Shown: piece by piece, positions 1-12,137 of the stretch
Numbering within the stretch: position 1 is the stretch's first letter
How the letters are laid out: every line of letters begins with the position of its first letter
NCBI GenBank assembly: GCA_000004985.1
Contig: GG738932.1
Source: Naegleria gruberi
Lineage: Eukaryota
Direction: 5' to 3' (one strand)
Length of the DNA: 64,000 bases
The notes under the pieces: model-generated
What the model was told of the DNA's origin: nothing
The model's database searches: none
What the model saw: the letters and a program-made list of their open reading frames with translations, nothing else
Translations under genes and position numbers: made by a program

Positions 1-336
1 GACCCAAACCCAAACCCAAACCCAAACCCGAACCCAAACCCAAACCCAAACCCAAACCCAAACCCAAACCCAAACCCAAACCCAAACCCAAACCCAAACC
101 CAAACCCAAACCCAAACCCAAACCCAAACCCAAACCCAAACCCAAACCCAAACCCAAACCCAAACCCAAACCCAAACCCAAACCCAAACCCAAACCCAAA
201 CCCAAACCCAAACCCAAACCCAAACCCAAACCCAAACCCAAACCCAAACCCAAACCCAAACCCAAACCCAAACCCAAACCCAAACCCAAACCCAAACCCA
301 AACCCAAACCCAAACCCAAACCCAAACCCAAACCCA
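1..336. repeat. Telomeric repeat array. About 56 copies of CCCAAA read on the + strand (G-strand TTTGGG), with one variant unit (cccgaa at 27-32).
   Basis: Perfect hexamer periodicity from position 1 to 336. The C-rich strand reads 5'->3' on + at the left edge, so the G-rich strand runs toward the terminus, the orientation expected for a true left chromosome end. Confidence 0.95.
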
Positions 337-699
337 GAACTAAAAATAGAATTCTTCTAAACCCAACCTTCAAACCCTAGCCCAAAATTATAAACTTATT
401 CAAATATCATTAAATTTTATATCATTCGATTGGAAATGATGAGTAGAACAACGTGGTATATTTAGTTTTTCAATTTATAAAATATTAACTTTGTAAATAA
501 TGTCAGATTAAAATTTCATAAATGAAACCATATGAAGAATGATAATTTAAAAATCCTTTAATGAGATTATATAGTATATATCATCGTTAACAACATTCAT
601 AATCACTTTCATATAAAATTTCAAAAGTTCATCTCTGTAGGTATAAAAGTATAGAGGGAAAAGGGAAGTTGTGAGGTAAAATAGGTCAGCTATAACTTT

Positions 700-1750
700 T
701 GAGTTTCTCATCAAAACATATTGAAACCTGATATGAAAATGTTCCATTTGATGAGTAAACATCGAATATCAAATTTATTTTAACTTTCATATTTAAAGAT
801 TTCTTCCCTCAACCATCATGGTCAACTAGGGATGAAAAGGATGAAATCTTGAAAAAGGACCACCTATTAAAACTTTACCAAAATGATGTACATGATCTAT
901 AATGATATAGAATTCAATTTCATGTCCTAAAAATCAGAAATGGTATCATGAGAAGGTAAATGTTGATATTTTATGGTTGACTTAAAGGAAAGACAAGTCA
1001 GACCAACTCTATCAAATACATCACTTCAACCAACAATATATACATGAAAATGCTTCATTCTACGAGTAGAGATAGAAAATCAAGTTTATTTTCACTTTCA
1101 TGTTCATGATTTCAACTCTATCATACCAATTAGTCAACTGTGGACATGGATGAAAATCTGGAAAATGACCACTCTATGCAACTTTACCACCATGTTCAAC
1201 ATCTCAAATAATGTATATGGTTCAATTTTCAGACATTTTGGAGAATATTCTATCTTTCAGTAAGGTAAAGGGTGAAATTTCAAGGTTGTCTTTAAAGATC
1301 AAGGAGGAAATCTTGAATATAGAGAACCACATCCTCAATCTACAAAATACATATCAATCGATTGGAAATCAATAGTACATCTCGAAAATATAATTTATTT
1401 TATGTTTTGAAATATCTCCTTGACCTTTTTTAGTCAATTAAGACAATTAAGGATGACACTATATGAAAAGTTACCAATCTCAAAATAAATGATAATATCG
1501 TGTTCTACATCTCAAATAAAGTGGACTATCTTCAAATTATATATTTTCATTTCAAGAAATGCATTCAGTAGATAGTACATGGTGATACTTCAAGAGAATG
1601 GATGAAATCTGAAAGGTACAGAAACAACTCCATTTTCACTGAAATTGATATCATGATATGTAGACACTCTAATTAGCATATTATATCAATTTCATAAATA
1701 TTGGTTCAGTAGATGTCGAGTTGTCACCTCTATCATTTTACTATAGAACT
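700..1750. repeat. Degenerate subtelomeric tandem satellite. About 3 units of ~330 bp at roughly 70-80% identity.
   Basis: Units beginning near 722, 1048 and 1370 share recurring blocks: atgaaaatg.tcat..., tttattttnactttcat, tagtcaac/tagtcaatt, ggatgaaaatctgaaaa, tttaccaaaatgatg / tttaccaccatgttc, catctcaaataa. No long ORFs. Confidence 0.6.
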
Positions 1751-2087
1751 TTGACATAAAATCAAAGCTTATGCTCCAACTCGCTCATTATACATACAAT
1801 CAATCTAGAATTGATGCCACATAGAGTGTACATCCATTAAATACAAAATATATAGTTTGGAAACAATTTGTATTACTTTCAAATAGTGAGTCAGTTAATG
1901 TTCAATGTCAATAGTGCTTTTATCCAAGTTTACACTCCATATCAGTGAAAGTACGTCCAATCATCATGTAACTTTGCCAGATACAATTAATCACATTATT
2001 ATACATGTGGTATCAGTTTTAGTCTGTTAGAATTGAATTCAATATGATAATAATAACATCTGTCAAATTGTCACATTTCAACATATA

Positions 2088-3902
2088 NNNNNNNNNNNNN
2101 NNNNNNNNNNNNNNNNNNNNNNNNNNNNNNNNNNNNNNNNNNNNNNNNNNNNNNNNNNNNNNNNNNNNNNNNNNNNNNNNNNNNNNNNNNNNNNNNNNNN
2201 NNNNNNNNNNNNNNNNNNNNNNNNNNNNNNNNNNNNNNNNNNNNNNNNNNNNNNNNNNNNNNNNNNNNNNNNNNNNNNNNNNNNNNNNNNNNNNNNNNNN
2301 NNNNNNNNNNNNNNNNNNNNNNNNNNNNNNNNNNNNNNNNNNNNNNNNNNNNNNNNNNNNNNNNNNNNNNNNNNNNNNNNNNNNNNNNNNNNNNNNNNNN
2401 NNNNNNNNNNNNNNNNNNNNNNNNNNNNNNNNNNNNNNNNNNNNNNNNNNNNNNNNNNNNNNNNNNNNNNNNNNNNNNNNNNNNNNNNNNNNNNNNNNNN
2501 NNNNNNNNNNNNNNNNNNNNNNNNNNNNNNNNNNNNNNNNNNNNNNNNNNNNNNNNNNNNNNNNNNNNNNNNNNNNNNNNNNNNNNNNNNNNNNNNNNNN
2601 NNNNNNNNNNNNNNNNNNNNNNNNNNNNNNNNNNNNNNNNNNNNNNNNNNNNNNNNNNNNNNNNNNNNNNNNNNNNNNNNNNNNNNNNNNNNNNNNNNNN
2701 NNNNNNNNNNNNNNNNNNNNNNNNNNNNNNNNNNNNNNNNNNNNNNNNNNNNNNNNNNNNNNNNNNNNNNNNNNNNNNNNNNNNNNNNNNNNNNNNNNNN
2801 NNNNNNNNNNNNNNNNNNNNNNNNNNNNNNNNNNNNNNNNNNNNNNNNNNNNNNNNNNNNNNNNNNNNNNNNNNNNNNNNNNNNNNNNNNNNNNNNNNNN
2901 NNNNNNNNNNNNNNNNNNNNNNNNNNNNNNNNNNNNNNNNNNNNNNNNNNNNNNNNNNNNNNNNNNNNNNNNNNNNNNNNNNNNNNNNNNNNNNNNNNNN
3001 NNNNNNNNNNNNNNNNNNNNNNNNNNNNNNNNNNNNNNNNNNNNNNNNNNNNNNNNNNNNNNNNNNNNNNNNNNNNNNNNNNNNNNNNNNNNNNNNNNNN
3101 NNNNNNNNNNNNNNNNNNNNNNNNNNNNNNNNNNNNNNNNNNNNNNNNNNNNNNNNNNNNNNNNNNNNNNNNNNNNNNNNNNNNNNNNNNNNNNNNNNNN
3201 NNNNNNNNNNNNNNNNNNNNNNNNNNNNNNNNNNNNNNNNNNNNNNNNNNNNNNNNNNNNNNNNNNNNNNNNNNNNNNNNNNNNNNNNNNNNNNNNNNNN
3301 NNNNNNNNNNNNNNNNNNNNNNNNNNNNNNNNNNNNNNNNNNNNNNNNNNNNNNNNNNNNNNNNNNNNNNNNNNNNNNNNNNNNNNNNNNNNNNNNNNNN
3401 NNNNNNNNNNNNNNNNNNNNNNNNNNNNNNNNNNNNNNNNNNNNNNNNNNNNNNNNNNNNNNNNNNNNNNNNNNNNNNNNNNNNNNNNNNNNNNNNNNNN
3501 NNNNNNNNNNNNNNNNNNNNNNNNNNNNNNNNNNNNNNNNNNNNNNNNNNNNNNNNNNNNNNNNNNNNNNNNNNNNNNNNNNNNNNNNNNNNNNNNNNNN
3601 NNNNNNNNNNNNNNNNNNNNNNNNNNNNNNNNNNNNNNNNNNNNNNNNNNNNNNNNNNNNNNNNNNNNNNNNNNNNNNNNNNNNNNNNNNNNNNNNNNNN
3701 NNNNNNNNNNNNNNNNNNNNNNNNNNNNNNNNNNNNNNNNNNNNNNNNNNNNNNNNNNNNNNNNNNNNNNNNNNNNNNNNNNNNNNNNNNNNNNNNNNNN
3801 NNNNNNNNNNNNNNNNNNNNNNNNNNNNNNNNNNNNNNNNNNNNNNNNNNNNNNNNNNNNNNNNNNNNNNNNNNNNNNNNNNNNNNNNNNNNNNNNNNNN
3901 NN
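2088..3902. other. Assembly gap, a run of 1815 N
   Basis: Continuous n characters. The two 649-aa ORFs of X residues in the track are artefacts of this gap. Confidence 1.
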
Positions 3903-4532
3903 CATCGGGTTGGATGACACCACTGTTTTAAAGATTACAGTTGTGAAAAATGGACTGATCTCAATCATTATTGAGAATTTAAGTACACTTTAAAGGACTG
4001 CCACCATTTCCATCGAGTTTGGAACATTTTCCATCTACTTGAAAAAATTCCTTAATAATTGTGAAGTAAGAAAAGTTCAGTAAGAAAAAATAAATTTCAG
4101 TTTGTTGTATAGTTAATACATTCTCATTCAAAAGGTTGGATAAGTCTCTTTTTTGAAAAGAAGCAACGGGTTTGAGCCACTCCACGTTCATTTGAAACAA
4201 TTTCAAAAAGTTTTTACATCGGGTTGGATGACAACCATTGTTTAAAAGATAACAGTTGTGAAAAAATCACAAATCTCAATCATTTCTTAGAATTTAACTA
4301 TGCTGTAACGGAATGTTACCATCTACAGCAATTTTAGAACACTTTCCATCTACTTGAAACAATTCCTTAATAATTATGATGCAAGCAAAGTTCACTAAGA
4401 AAAGAATATTTCAAAAACTTATTGTTGGTGGAATGATTCTGCACAACTATAGAGCATCTCCTTGTTCCGATATTGTACATGTGGATATTAGTAAAAAAAC
4501 CACCACTATAACAAAAATTTTTGTTTTGGTCC
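3903..4532. repeat. Tandem repeat with a ~314-bp period, 2 units, immediately right of the gap
   Basis: catcgggttggatgaca...ttccatctacttgaaa(a/c)aattccttaataatt...aagttca(g/c)taagaaaa occurs at 3903 and again at 4217 with ~80% identity over ~185 bp. Confidence 0.7.
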
Positions 4533-5817
4533 AACAGATGATGAGAAATGGCACTTGTAAATGTTGAAAATAATGTTATACCAATTCTGCACCATACACA
4601 ACTTGGCTACTTATCCATCAGTTACAAAATGATGATACAATTGAAATAAATATCACATCTCATATTAAATATAGAGATGGTCAATTAAGGTTCCTCAATA
4701 GGAAAGTACCCTAAGGACAATGAGATTCAATACCAAATTGATACAATATGTTATTAACATCATATAATGAGGTTTCTATCATTTTCACATCATTTGGACA
4801 TCATTCAGTATTCATGTCATTCAACCATGTCACCAACTACTCATGATTATATGACAAGTCAATATCAAGATGTTCAACAAGATAGAATATCATACAACTA
4901 CTCTTATAATTGATATTCATAACGTATTTGAGTGATAGATATCAATAACTATATAATTGGAATATCTGTCAAGCTACTGTCCCAATTGACAAAAAGGTAC
5001 CATTCTTACATGTCATGAATGGTAAGAATCAATACTAATTCAATATTATCATGTTATAATCATCAAATACTCTCATCGAATCAATTTTGGAATGATTTAA
5101 ATATCATCTTAGATAGTTATCATATGACAAAGTTACTACCTTAGTGAACAACCCACGTCATTAATAAATGTTAAAATTGAAATATTTCAATCATATATTC
5201 ATATATATATCAGTTATAGTGTATAATACCATTTTTATAGTATAAAATCAATTATTGGTATGATGGCAATATTTCAATTAAACATTGACATTGCAACATT
5301 TCCCAAATTGGAAATATAGATTATAACATCATGATATTCAATATTTATTGATAGAGTACAGCGATGACATATATTATCCAATAAAATATTCAGATCCCTT
5401 TAAAAGTGTTAACCACATGGAAAGCTCCCCTATTGCCATCCAAGTTGACTTCCAAAAGTCTCAAAATGGATCCACTACTGTATTTATCAGTATTATTGAA
5501 TTTTATTGTGTTTCCATATTATAGGTCAACATCTTGGTCAATTAATCATTTACTAGTAGAAAAGCTACAAGGAAATGTTTCTCTCTAGTCACCACCCAAT
5601 AACCTCCTCTTCATGAAGAAGAGTTCTAAATCTTGAGATGAGAACCTTGTTCACTTTCAATATGTTGAATTAATGCAGCCACTTTCCCATTCTTCTATCA
5701 AGTGTTGTCACAATAAGAAGCTTCTGATTCGTATCAACACTCTTTATAAAAATTCAATAATAAACAATTTCAAAATCTTAAATCAATAAGAGATTGGAGT
5801 AAGAGGTATCCGAGGTT

Positions 5818-5833
5818 CCCAAACCCAAACCCA
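5818..5833. repeat. Interstitial telomere-like fragment (cccaaacccaaaccca)
   Basis: About 2.7 units of the terminal hexamer in the same orientation, 5.8 kb inside the end. Confidence 0.5.
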
Positions 5834-6310
5834 GTTGGAAGGTAAGATTATTACCATTCTTCCATACGTACAAGTCGACTTTGCATTTTTCGACTTGTAA
5901 AATTTTAATAAAGTAAATTTTTGAAAACTTGATACCTAATTTATTGAAAAAACAGGTCCTGATAATCGAAAAATCGAGGACCTGATTTGTTCAAAACCGA
6001 TGCTCAAAACTCAACACCTTGATTTTTTACAAACACAGACCTCAGCCAATCATTAGGGAATTACTTCTAAATTTTTAAAAAAAATATTTGTCAATCCTTC
6101 TCACCTCCCACGGTCTATAATTTTAATAACAAATATCCCACAAATGTTGGAATTTTGGTTTATTTGTTTCTTTTTCAAAAAAGCAATCGCAATTTTCATC
6201 TGGAGATCTCCAATTTCATTAAGCGAATGAAACTATTCGTAAAATTCAAGTGGCAATTTTCGCCAATAGTCGATCGCCAAAATGTGTATACTCATTGTAG
6301 ACCAGAGACG

Positions 6311-7891
6311 TTAATAAATATTACAATTTAGAGTTTTCTGATTCGAGAATCTCTTTGAAGCAAATCGAATTGCTTTTCCATCATTCGTTACAGCTGCCAA
6401 GACAATCTCTTCACAATCTTTGAGTTTTGGAGAGGCATACATAAGGGCAGATCCATTTTTTGTTACGGCTGTCAAAACAAGTTCCTTATCTGCCTTGAAT
6501 TCTTCACTTGCAAATCTGAGACAAAATCCACAGTGTGAAAGAGCCTCTTTAAGAAGCTCTCTGTCGTCTTTGAAAATGGTCTTCTCCAAAAGGTCCGGAT
6601 TAAATTGCAGAATTGATTTGAAATCCTCTCTGTCACTCTCTATTATTTTGTAAAGAGATTGAACTTTGGATGTAAAATAAGGCGTTCTTGCAGCTAGGAA
6701 AAAGCATTCTCTATCCTTTTGGATTGCCTCTGGCATTTCGTTAATATACTTTCCGTTACTTTTCAATATTGTGAGAACTAGTTCTCTATTATTAAGCAGA
6801 AAATCACTATTGATATAATGTAGAATCGTGAAGTTTGATTTAAATAGTGCCTTTTTCACAATATCTTCATCTTCCTTGAATTTTCCAATATATTGAAAAG
6901 AACTTGCTGCATCTATGTCAATAATCATGTCAATAATTTCTCTATCAGTCCGTATTTCCTCAGAACAGTTTCTTATTAAACATACATCACTCTTCAATGC
7001 CTCAATCATAAAAACCCTATCACTCCACCATTTTCCTATTGGAGAAGCATAAAACAGAATTGATTGTGATGATTTGTAAACATCCATAACAAAATCTGTA
7101 TCTTCCAAAAGTTCTTTTGGAATTAATGTGCCCAAGGATGGATTTCTAATGAATACCTTCTTGGCAATATGTCTCATCATCTTGATATAATCAGGAACAT
7201 ATGCATAACATTTTGGATCCAATTCAATAGCATGCATGGTCAACTTGTCCACAAATTTGTACTTGTCTGGCAACGTACTATAATATTCCTTGGTCATTGA
7301 GAAGGGGAAGTACACTCTTTCTTTAAACTTTTCAAAATTGTAAAATTCTGGATTAAATGGACGATTTACCATCGTTACAAACTCAAAAAAGTCAACCGTG
7401 TCTCCATTCACTCTAATCCTCCCATCTCTGCTCAATGTTAATATGTTAGATAATTGGGTATCAACTCCCAAGATTGCATAACCATTCTGTGTGTCCAAAC
7501 CATTATGTGTGTCCAAAAACCAAGATTCGACAGGTCCCAACAAATTACTAACATGCACAACAGTATTAGACCATGGCTGTCTACCATTCGTCAAGACAGT
7601 TACAAACAATTTCAAATGGAAAGGTATGGCAATTTGTAATTCTTCTTGTTTCTTCTCCAATTCTTCTTCACTCACCACTTCTTCCATGAGAGGGTGATAT
7701 TGTAGACAATTATTCTCATCATGCCACATCCGAGTCATTTCACGTTTCTCCAACAAATATCTAGAATGGTGAAAAGTCTTGTTGACCAATGCAATTCTCT
7801 TCCTGTCTGTTCCTCTCGGAAGAAATTCAAACACATACCCGAGAATATCAATATTTAATTGATCCATCATGATTGTGGAATTATTTTGCAA
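6311..7891 (-). CDS. F-box-like N-terminus plus DUF4116-repeat protein (526 aa), single exon
   Basis: The N-terminal LNIDILGYVFEFLP...RIALVNKTF looks F-box-like. The C-terminal half carries repeated ELVLTAVTKNGSALMYASPKLKDCEEIVLAAVTNDGKAIRFAS units, which match the DUF4116 repeat signature (VLxAVxxNGxALxYAS). TAA stop at 6311-6313. Confidence 0.75.
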   Translation of the reverse strand: MQNNSTIMMDQLNIDILGYVFEFLPRGTDRKRIALVNKTFHHSRYLLEKREMTRMWHDENNCLQYHPLMEEVVSEEELEKKQEELQIAIPFHLKLFVTVLTNGRQPWSNTVVHVSNLLGPVESWFLDTHNGLDTQNGYAILGVDTQLSNILTLSRDGRIRVNGDTVDFFEFVTMVNRPFNPEFYNFEKFKERVYFPFSMTKEYYSTLPDKYKFVDKLTMHAIELDPKCYAYVPDYIKMMRHIAKKVFIRNPSLGTLIPKELLEDTDFVMDVYKSSQSILFYASPIGKWWSDRVFMIEALKSDVCLIRNCSEEIRTDREIIDMIIDIDAASSFQYIGKFKEDEDIVKKALFKSNFTILHYINSDFLLNNRELVLTILKSNGKYINEMPEAIQKDRECFFLAARTPYFTSKVQSLYKIIESDREDFKSILQFNPDLLEKTIFKDDRELLKEALSHCGFCLRFASEEFKADKELVLTAVTKNGSALMYASPKLKDCEEIVLAAVTNDGKAIRFASKRFSNQKTLNCNIY

Positions 7892-8051
7892 TGATGATGA
7901 AGGAGAATTAAAGGTATTTTGTTTGAGTTTTGATTAATTATTACCACAAAGGAAGAAATTTGGAACTCAGAAGGTCCAAATTTATCGCCAACCATCATCA
8001 TATATAAAAGTAATAAATATTGTATTTTCACTGCCAGGTTCATATGATAAT

Positions 8052-8349
8052 TTGGAAAACTTTCAATCTAGTATTGTTCAGCATGGTCGATTCTATTGGT
8101 TATCATGATGATAGGTACATGTATATTTTCAACATACATGGACCATATCTCAACATGTACTTCGCCAACTTGGAAAATGTCTTTCATCACTACTATATTC
8201 AAATACATAATAAACAATATATTTATTACCAGTTTTTCATCATTTTGTTGTTTTACCAACTTCGGATGAACTACCTTCATTTCAGTTTTACAAAGCTTCT
8301 CCTTACTAACTCTAATTTTGTCAATTCCAACAGTACTTAATTACAAATC
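8052..8349 (+). repeat. Dispersed ~300-bp repeat, copy 1
   Basis: About 75-80% identical to 12967-13260. Both run from ttggaaaac to taattacaaatc and share the core acatggaccata.ctcaacatgtacttc.ccaacttg. Confidence 0.7.
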
Positions 8350-8350
8350 T

Positions 8351-10014
8351 TTATTCTAAAGTACTCGTTGAGGAAGAGTTTGATTCTTTTTCTGATATTG
8401 TTAAGAAACTTTGTAACATTTCATTTGATTTTGTTTGTTGTTTTGTTTTTGACTTTCCACATCTTTTGATATTGAATAAAAAATCAAATTCTTCCTTTTC
8501 AAATTCCATATACGAAATACTAAAACACAATGAAAATACTAAGAGATAATTTGCACACAAGTAAGCACCCCATCCAGTACCTGAATACCATACTGCTGAC
8601 AAGACAATTATGAATCCAATAATAAATAATAAATATTTCACAAACTATTAAAAATATTTCAAAATTATTAAACTAAACTTACAGACGATTTGATAATATT
8701 CACATCCGTACTCCTTCTCATCACTATATATACAATCAAACTGAACACCAAGAATGAAACAATCAACACTACAGCCAATGATAAATAAACTGGAAGTTGA
8801 GCCTGGTAATAACGTTCTAACAATGGAAGAAACACAGCAATCAATATGAAACAACAGCAGTATGTAGCAATATAGATCCATTTGATATAGGATGGATATT
8901 GTCTATTCTTGATATATAGCACCATTCTCAAATTTTTCAATAACCAAAGAAATAATGCCAAGGCGCACAAGATGAGAATAGCTGATTCTACCATTGAGTT
9001 TGCAGGGTTGTAGCCAGTCAGGTAAATGGAAAGTAAATTTGAAAATCCAATGGTCATGGCTATGATATTAATAATTATCGAATTTAAAGTGATCAGTTTC
9101 CTTGTTTTGATTGATGATACTAATTTTGGAAGGAAGACAATAAAAAAGGAAATGATAATTCCAATTCCTCCTATGGAGAGTGTTGAATATACAAATCCTA
9201 TTACACTTCTATAAAAACTCAAGTTTCCATTACATTTTCCAGAAAAATAATCATTTACAACACAGTGACAAATAAATCCTCTGCTCATTAAAATTGGAAT
9301 TCCAAATTCAATTGATCCACAATATAATAAACTTTTTTGTTGCAAATATCCACTCGTATCATTGTTCAATAATTGTAAATTCTTATTTGCTGATTTACAT
9401 AATCTCCAATAATTAATCCAATCATGTAATGTTGTTTCCTTATTTGTAAAATTACTAATATTATTAATTTGGAAGGTAATATTCTTCTGATTTAACCAAT
9501 CATTATACGAAATGCTACTATTTTCCAATATAAATTGTTGAACAACACTATAATATTCCATCAACTCTGACATGGCATGATTACTTGTGAAATTCAACTT
9601 GACTTCCCAATTATGAACTTTTTCACACAATTCATACCGTTCACTCGTTTCGAATACACTTTGAGAAACAGAAGTAATCCACCAATTATTAAAGAATCGA
9701 GGAATCTCATATTGTCTATAGAGATGAACCTTTTGACATGAAAATTGTGGAGTAAATGATTCCATCGCACCAAACATCACTCCACCATTGCTAAAGAGAA
9801 TTTCTTCCTTGGAAATACCACTGCAGTTTTGAAAATGTTCGGAAAGGTTAAATTGTTCGAATGTAATTTTGTTGTTGGACGAAACTACTAATTGGTCAGT
9901 GTTAAATTGTAAATTGGAAATGTTAAAAAGAATTGAATGTGAATTTGTGATAATAAATAGATTGAACAGAGTGGTGATGAAGAGAGAGAGCAAAGCGGGT
10001 GAATGTTTCGTCAT
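8351..10014 (-). CDS. 7TM receptor-like membrane protein with a large N-glycosylated, Cys-containing ectodomain. Two exons: 10014..8683 and 8644..8351.
   Basis: Signal-peptide-like N-terminus, an ectodomain of about 280 aa with many NxS/T sequons, then 5 predicted TM helices in exon 1. A 38-nt intron (8645-8682, GTAAGT...AATAG, phase 0) joins the downstream ORF, which supplies two more TM helices (LLFIIGFIIVLSAVWY / AYLCANYLLVFSLCF) and an S-rich tail. Confidence 0.65.
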
Positions 10015-10781
10015 TTTTTTTGATCCGAAACTTTACTAGATTTTTCAATTTGTGATTCTTTGATATCCTTTTATTGATAAAAGAGACTATAATAAAATTA
10101 CAATTTATTTTTGATATCCTTTTATAAATATGTGAAAACTCAGAAGTTGACTCAAATTATAGATGATCGTTCTATATCAATTTCATTTATTAAATCATTT
10201 AATATGAAATTGTATTTGCATCCTTCATTGAATCATTAGATTGATTGCTCCCTCTTGTCTAATAGATTAAAAGAAAAGTTCATTCAATTGTTTCATTTCT
10301 CCATTCTGAAACCTCTCATTGGTGGAAGTAATAAAAGTATGAATTATTGCCGTGCACCTGGTTACTTATGTCACATAGTGCACTAGCTAATTTGTGCAAT
10401 AATATCTCTATTTATTATGATACATTTTGTAAATTCGCTGTAAATGTTCTCATTTTAGATAAATTAATGCTGCTTGCACATGACTACAGTTCCCTTTATA
10501 TTAAAAAACATTACAAACTGAGTGTACTTGTGCATCCAAGTTGGGTCGTGACGTTCAAATAAAGAGCTACTGTAAATTTTGGTAAGGCAGAATATATGAA
10601 CCAATCGTTGTTTGTGAAGACGATCACAAATATCTCTGAACCGTTGTGTGATGATATTTTTCACATCATTGTTCATTGCTTCAGTGGCCTCAATGCCTCA
10701 AACAATTGAAACAAACACACTGCATCACAATACGATTGAAGATGCAACTTCAAAAAAAAAACAAAAATAACAAGTAAGGTC

Positions 10782-12137
10782 ATGATGAACTCACAATTAT
10801 CTCCTGAACGAAGCTTAAAGAAAGATGAGCCGAAGCTCTCTTGGCTGCACACTCACGTTGCACCATTGTTTTTAATGCTCGTCACTCCACCTTGTGCTTT
10901 TTTATATTGGTACACTTGCGAACACCTTGGTGGCTCTGTCATTGCTCTTTTTAATATGTTCGGAAAGGAAGGTATCATTAACTCTATCGTCTCCATTGTT
11001 CAGCCTTATATTTTAGGATCTAAGGTTGCTTGGGCAATTATTGTGGTGTTCTCTATTTTGCAATTAACATTGATGAAAGTTTTGCCAGGAAAAAAGTTTA
11101 ATGGCCCGATGACTCCTAAAGGAAATCTACCAGTCTACACAGACAATGGATTATTAGCTTATTTAATTACCATTATGCTATTCTTCCTTTGCTCAAGCAC
11201 TGGTCTTAATTTATTCCCTTCCTCAATTCTTTATAACCATTTTCCATACTTGATTGGAGCCTTGAACATTTTCAGTTTGGTTTTTTGTCTCTTCCTTCAA
11301 ATCAAAGGCATGTATTTCCCAAGCAGCACAGATTGTGGCTCAAATGAAGGAAATTTCATTATGGATTACTATTGGGGAACTGAATTGCATCCAGTTGTTT
11401 TTGGTTTTGATGTTAAGGTCTTTACGAATTGTAGATTCGGAATGATGAGCTGGCCTTTACTTATTTTATCATTTGCTGCCAAACAATACGAAGTCACTGG
11501 TCAACTTAGCGACTCTATGATCATTAATTTGGTTATTCAATTCATCTACCTTACCAAGTTTTACATGTGGGAAAGTGGCTACTTGTGCTCAATTGATATT
11601 ATGCATGATAGAGCTGGTTATTACATTTGTTGGGGATGTTTAGTGTGGGTACCATCTGTTTACACTTCCACATCCTTGTACATTTCCAAGTATCCAAACA
11701 ATTTGGGCCCTTATTGGACTGCATTCATCTTGATTGGAGGTGCTTCAGCAGTCATCCTTAACTATTTGGCAGATATCCAACGTCAAAATGTACGTAAGGC
11801 AAACGGAAAATGCCTTGTTTGGGGAAAGAAACCAGCACTCATTGAGGGTGAAATCATTGCTGAAAATGGAGATAAGAAAAAGTTCATCTTGTTAATATGT
11901 GGTTTTTGGGGTATCACCAGACATTTTCATTATGTTATGGAATTGCTGGGAACATTTTTCTGGACTGTTCCAGCACTGTTCAATAACTTCTTGCCATACT
12001 TTTATTTATTTTTCTTAACAATATTGTTGTTCCATAGAGCAGAAAGAGACCAGAAGAGATGTAGCAAGAAGTATGGTAAATATTGGGAAGAATATTGCAG
12101 ACGAGTTCCATACAAGGTAATTCCTTATGTATTTTAG
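10782..12137 (+). CDS. Sterol reductase of the DHCR7/ERG4/ERG24 family (451 aa), single exon
   Basis: Sterol-reductase signatures GNFIMDYYWGTELHPV and GFWGITRHFHYVMELLG. The C-terminus LLFHRAERDQKRCSKKYGKYWEEYCRRVPYKVIPYVF is typical of 7-dehydrocholesterol reductase and C-24(28) reductase. Multi-pass membrane protein. Confidence 0.85.
   Translation: MMNSQLSPERSLKKDEPKLSWLHTHVAPLFLMLVTPPCAFLYWYTCEHLGGSVIALFNMFGKEGIINSIVSIVQPYILGSKVAWAIIVVFSILQLTLMKVLPGKKFNGPMTPKGNLPVYTDNGLLAYLITIMLFFLCSSTGLNLFPSSILYNHFPYLIGALNIFSLVFCLFLQIKGMYFPSSTDCGSNEGNFIMDYYWGTELHPVVFGFDVKVFTNCRFGMMSWPLLILSFAAKQYEVTGQLSDSMIINLVIQFIYLTKFYMWESGYLCSIDIMHDRAGYYICWGCLVWVPSVYTSTSLYISKYPNNLGPYWTAFILIGGASAVILNYLADIQRQNVRKANGKCLVWGKKPALIEGEIIAENGDKKKFILLICGFWGITRHFHYVMELLGTFFWTVPALFNNFLPYFYLFFLTILLFHRAERDQKRCSKKYGKYWEEYCRRVPYKVIPYVF

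Noticed and set aside
2019-3993. Two 649-aa ORFs, one on each strand, translated as runs of X
   Set aside because: They span the 1815-N assembly gap. They are artefacts, not genes.
8020-8340. ORFs 8020-8340 (+), 8068-8280 (-) and 37847-38050 (-) sharing the peptide DRYMxIFxIxHGPYxNMYF
   Set aside because: The similarity is explained by the dispersed ~300-bp DNA repeat. The nucleotide identity equals the protein identity and the ORFs are short, AT-rich and lack coding periodicity.
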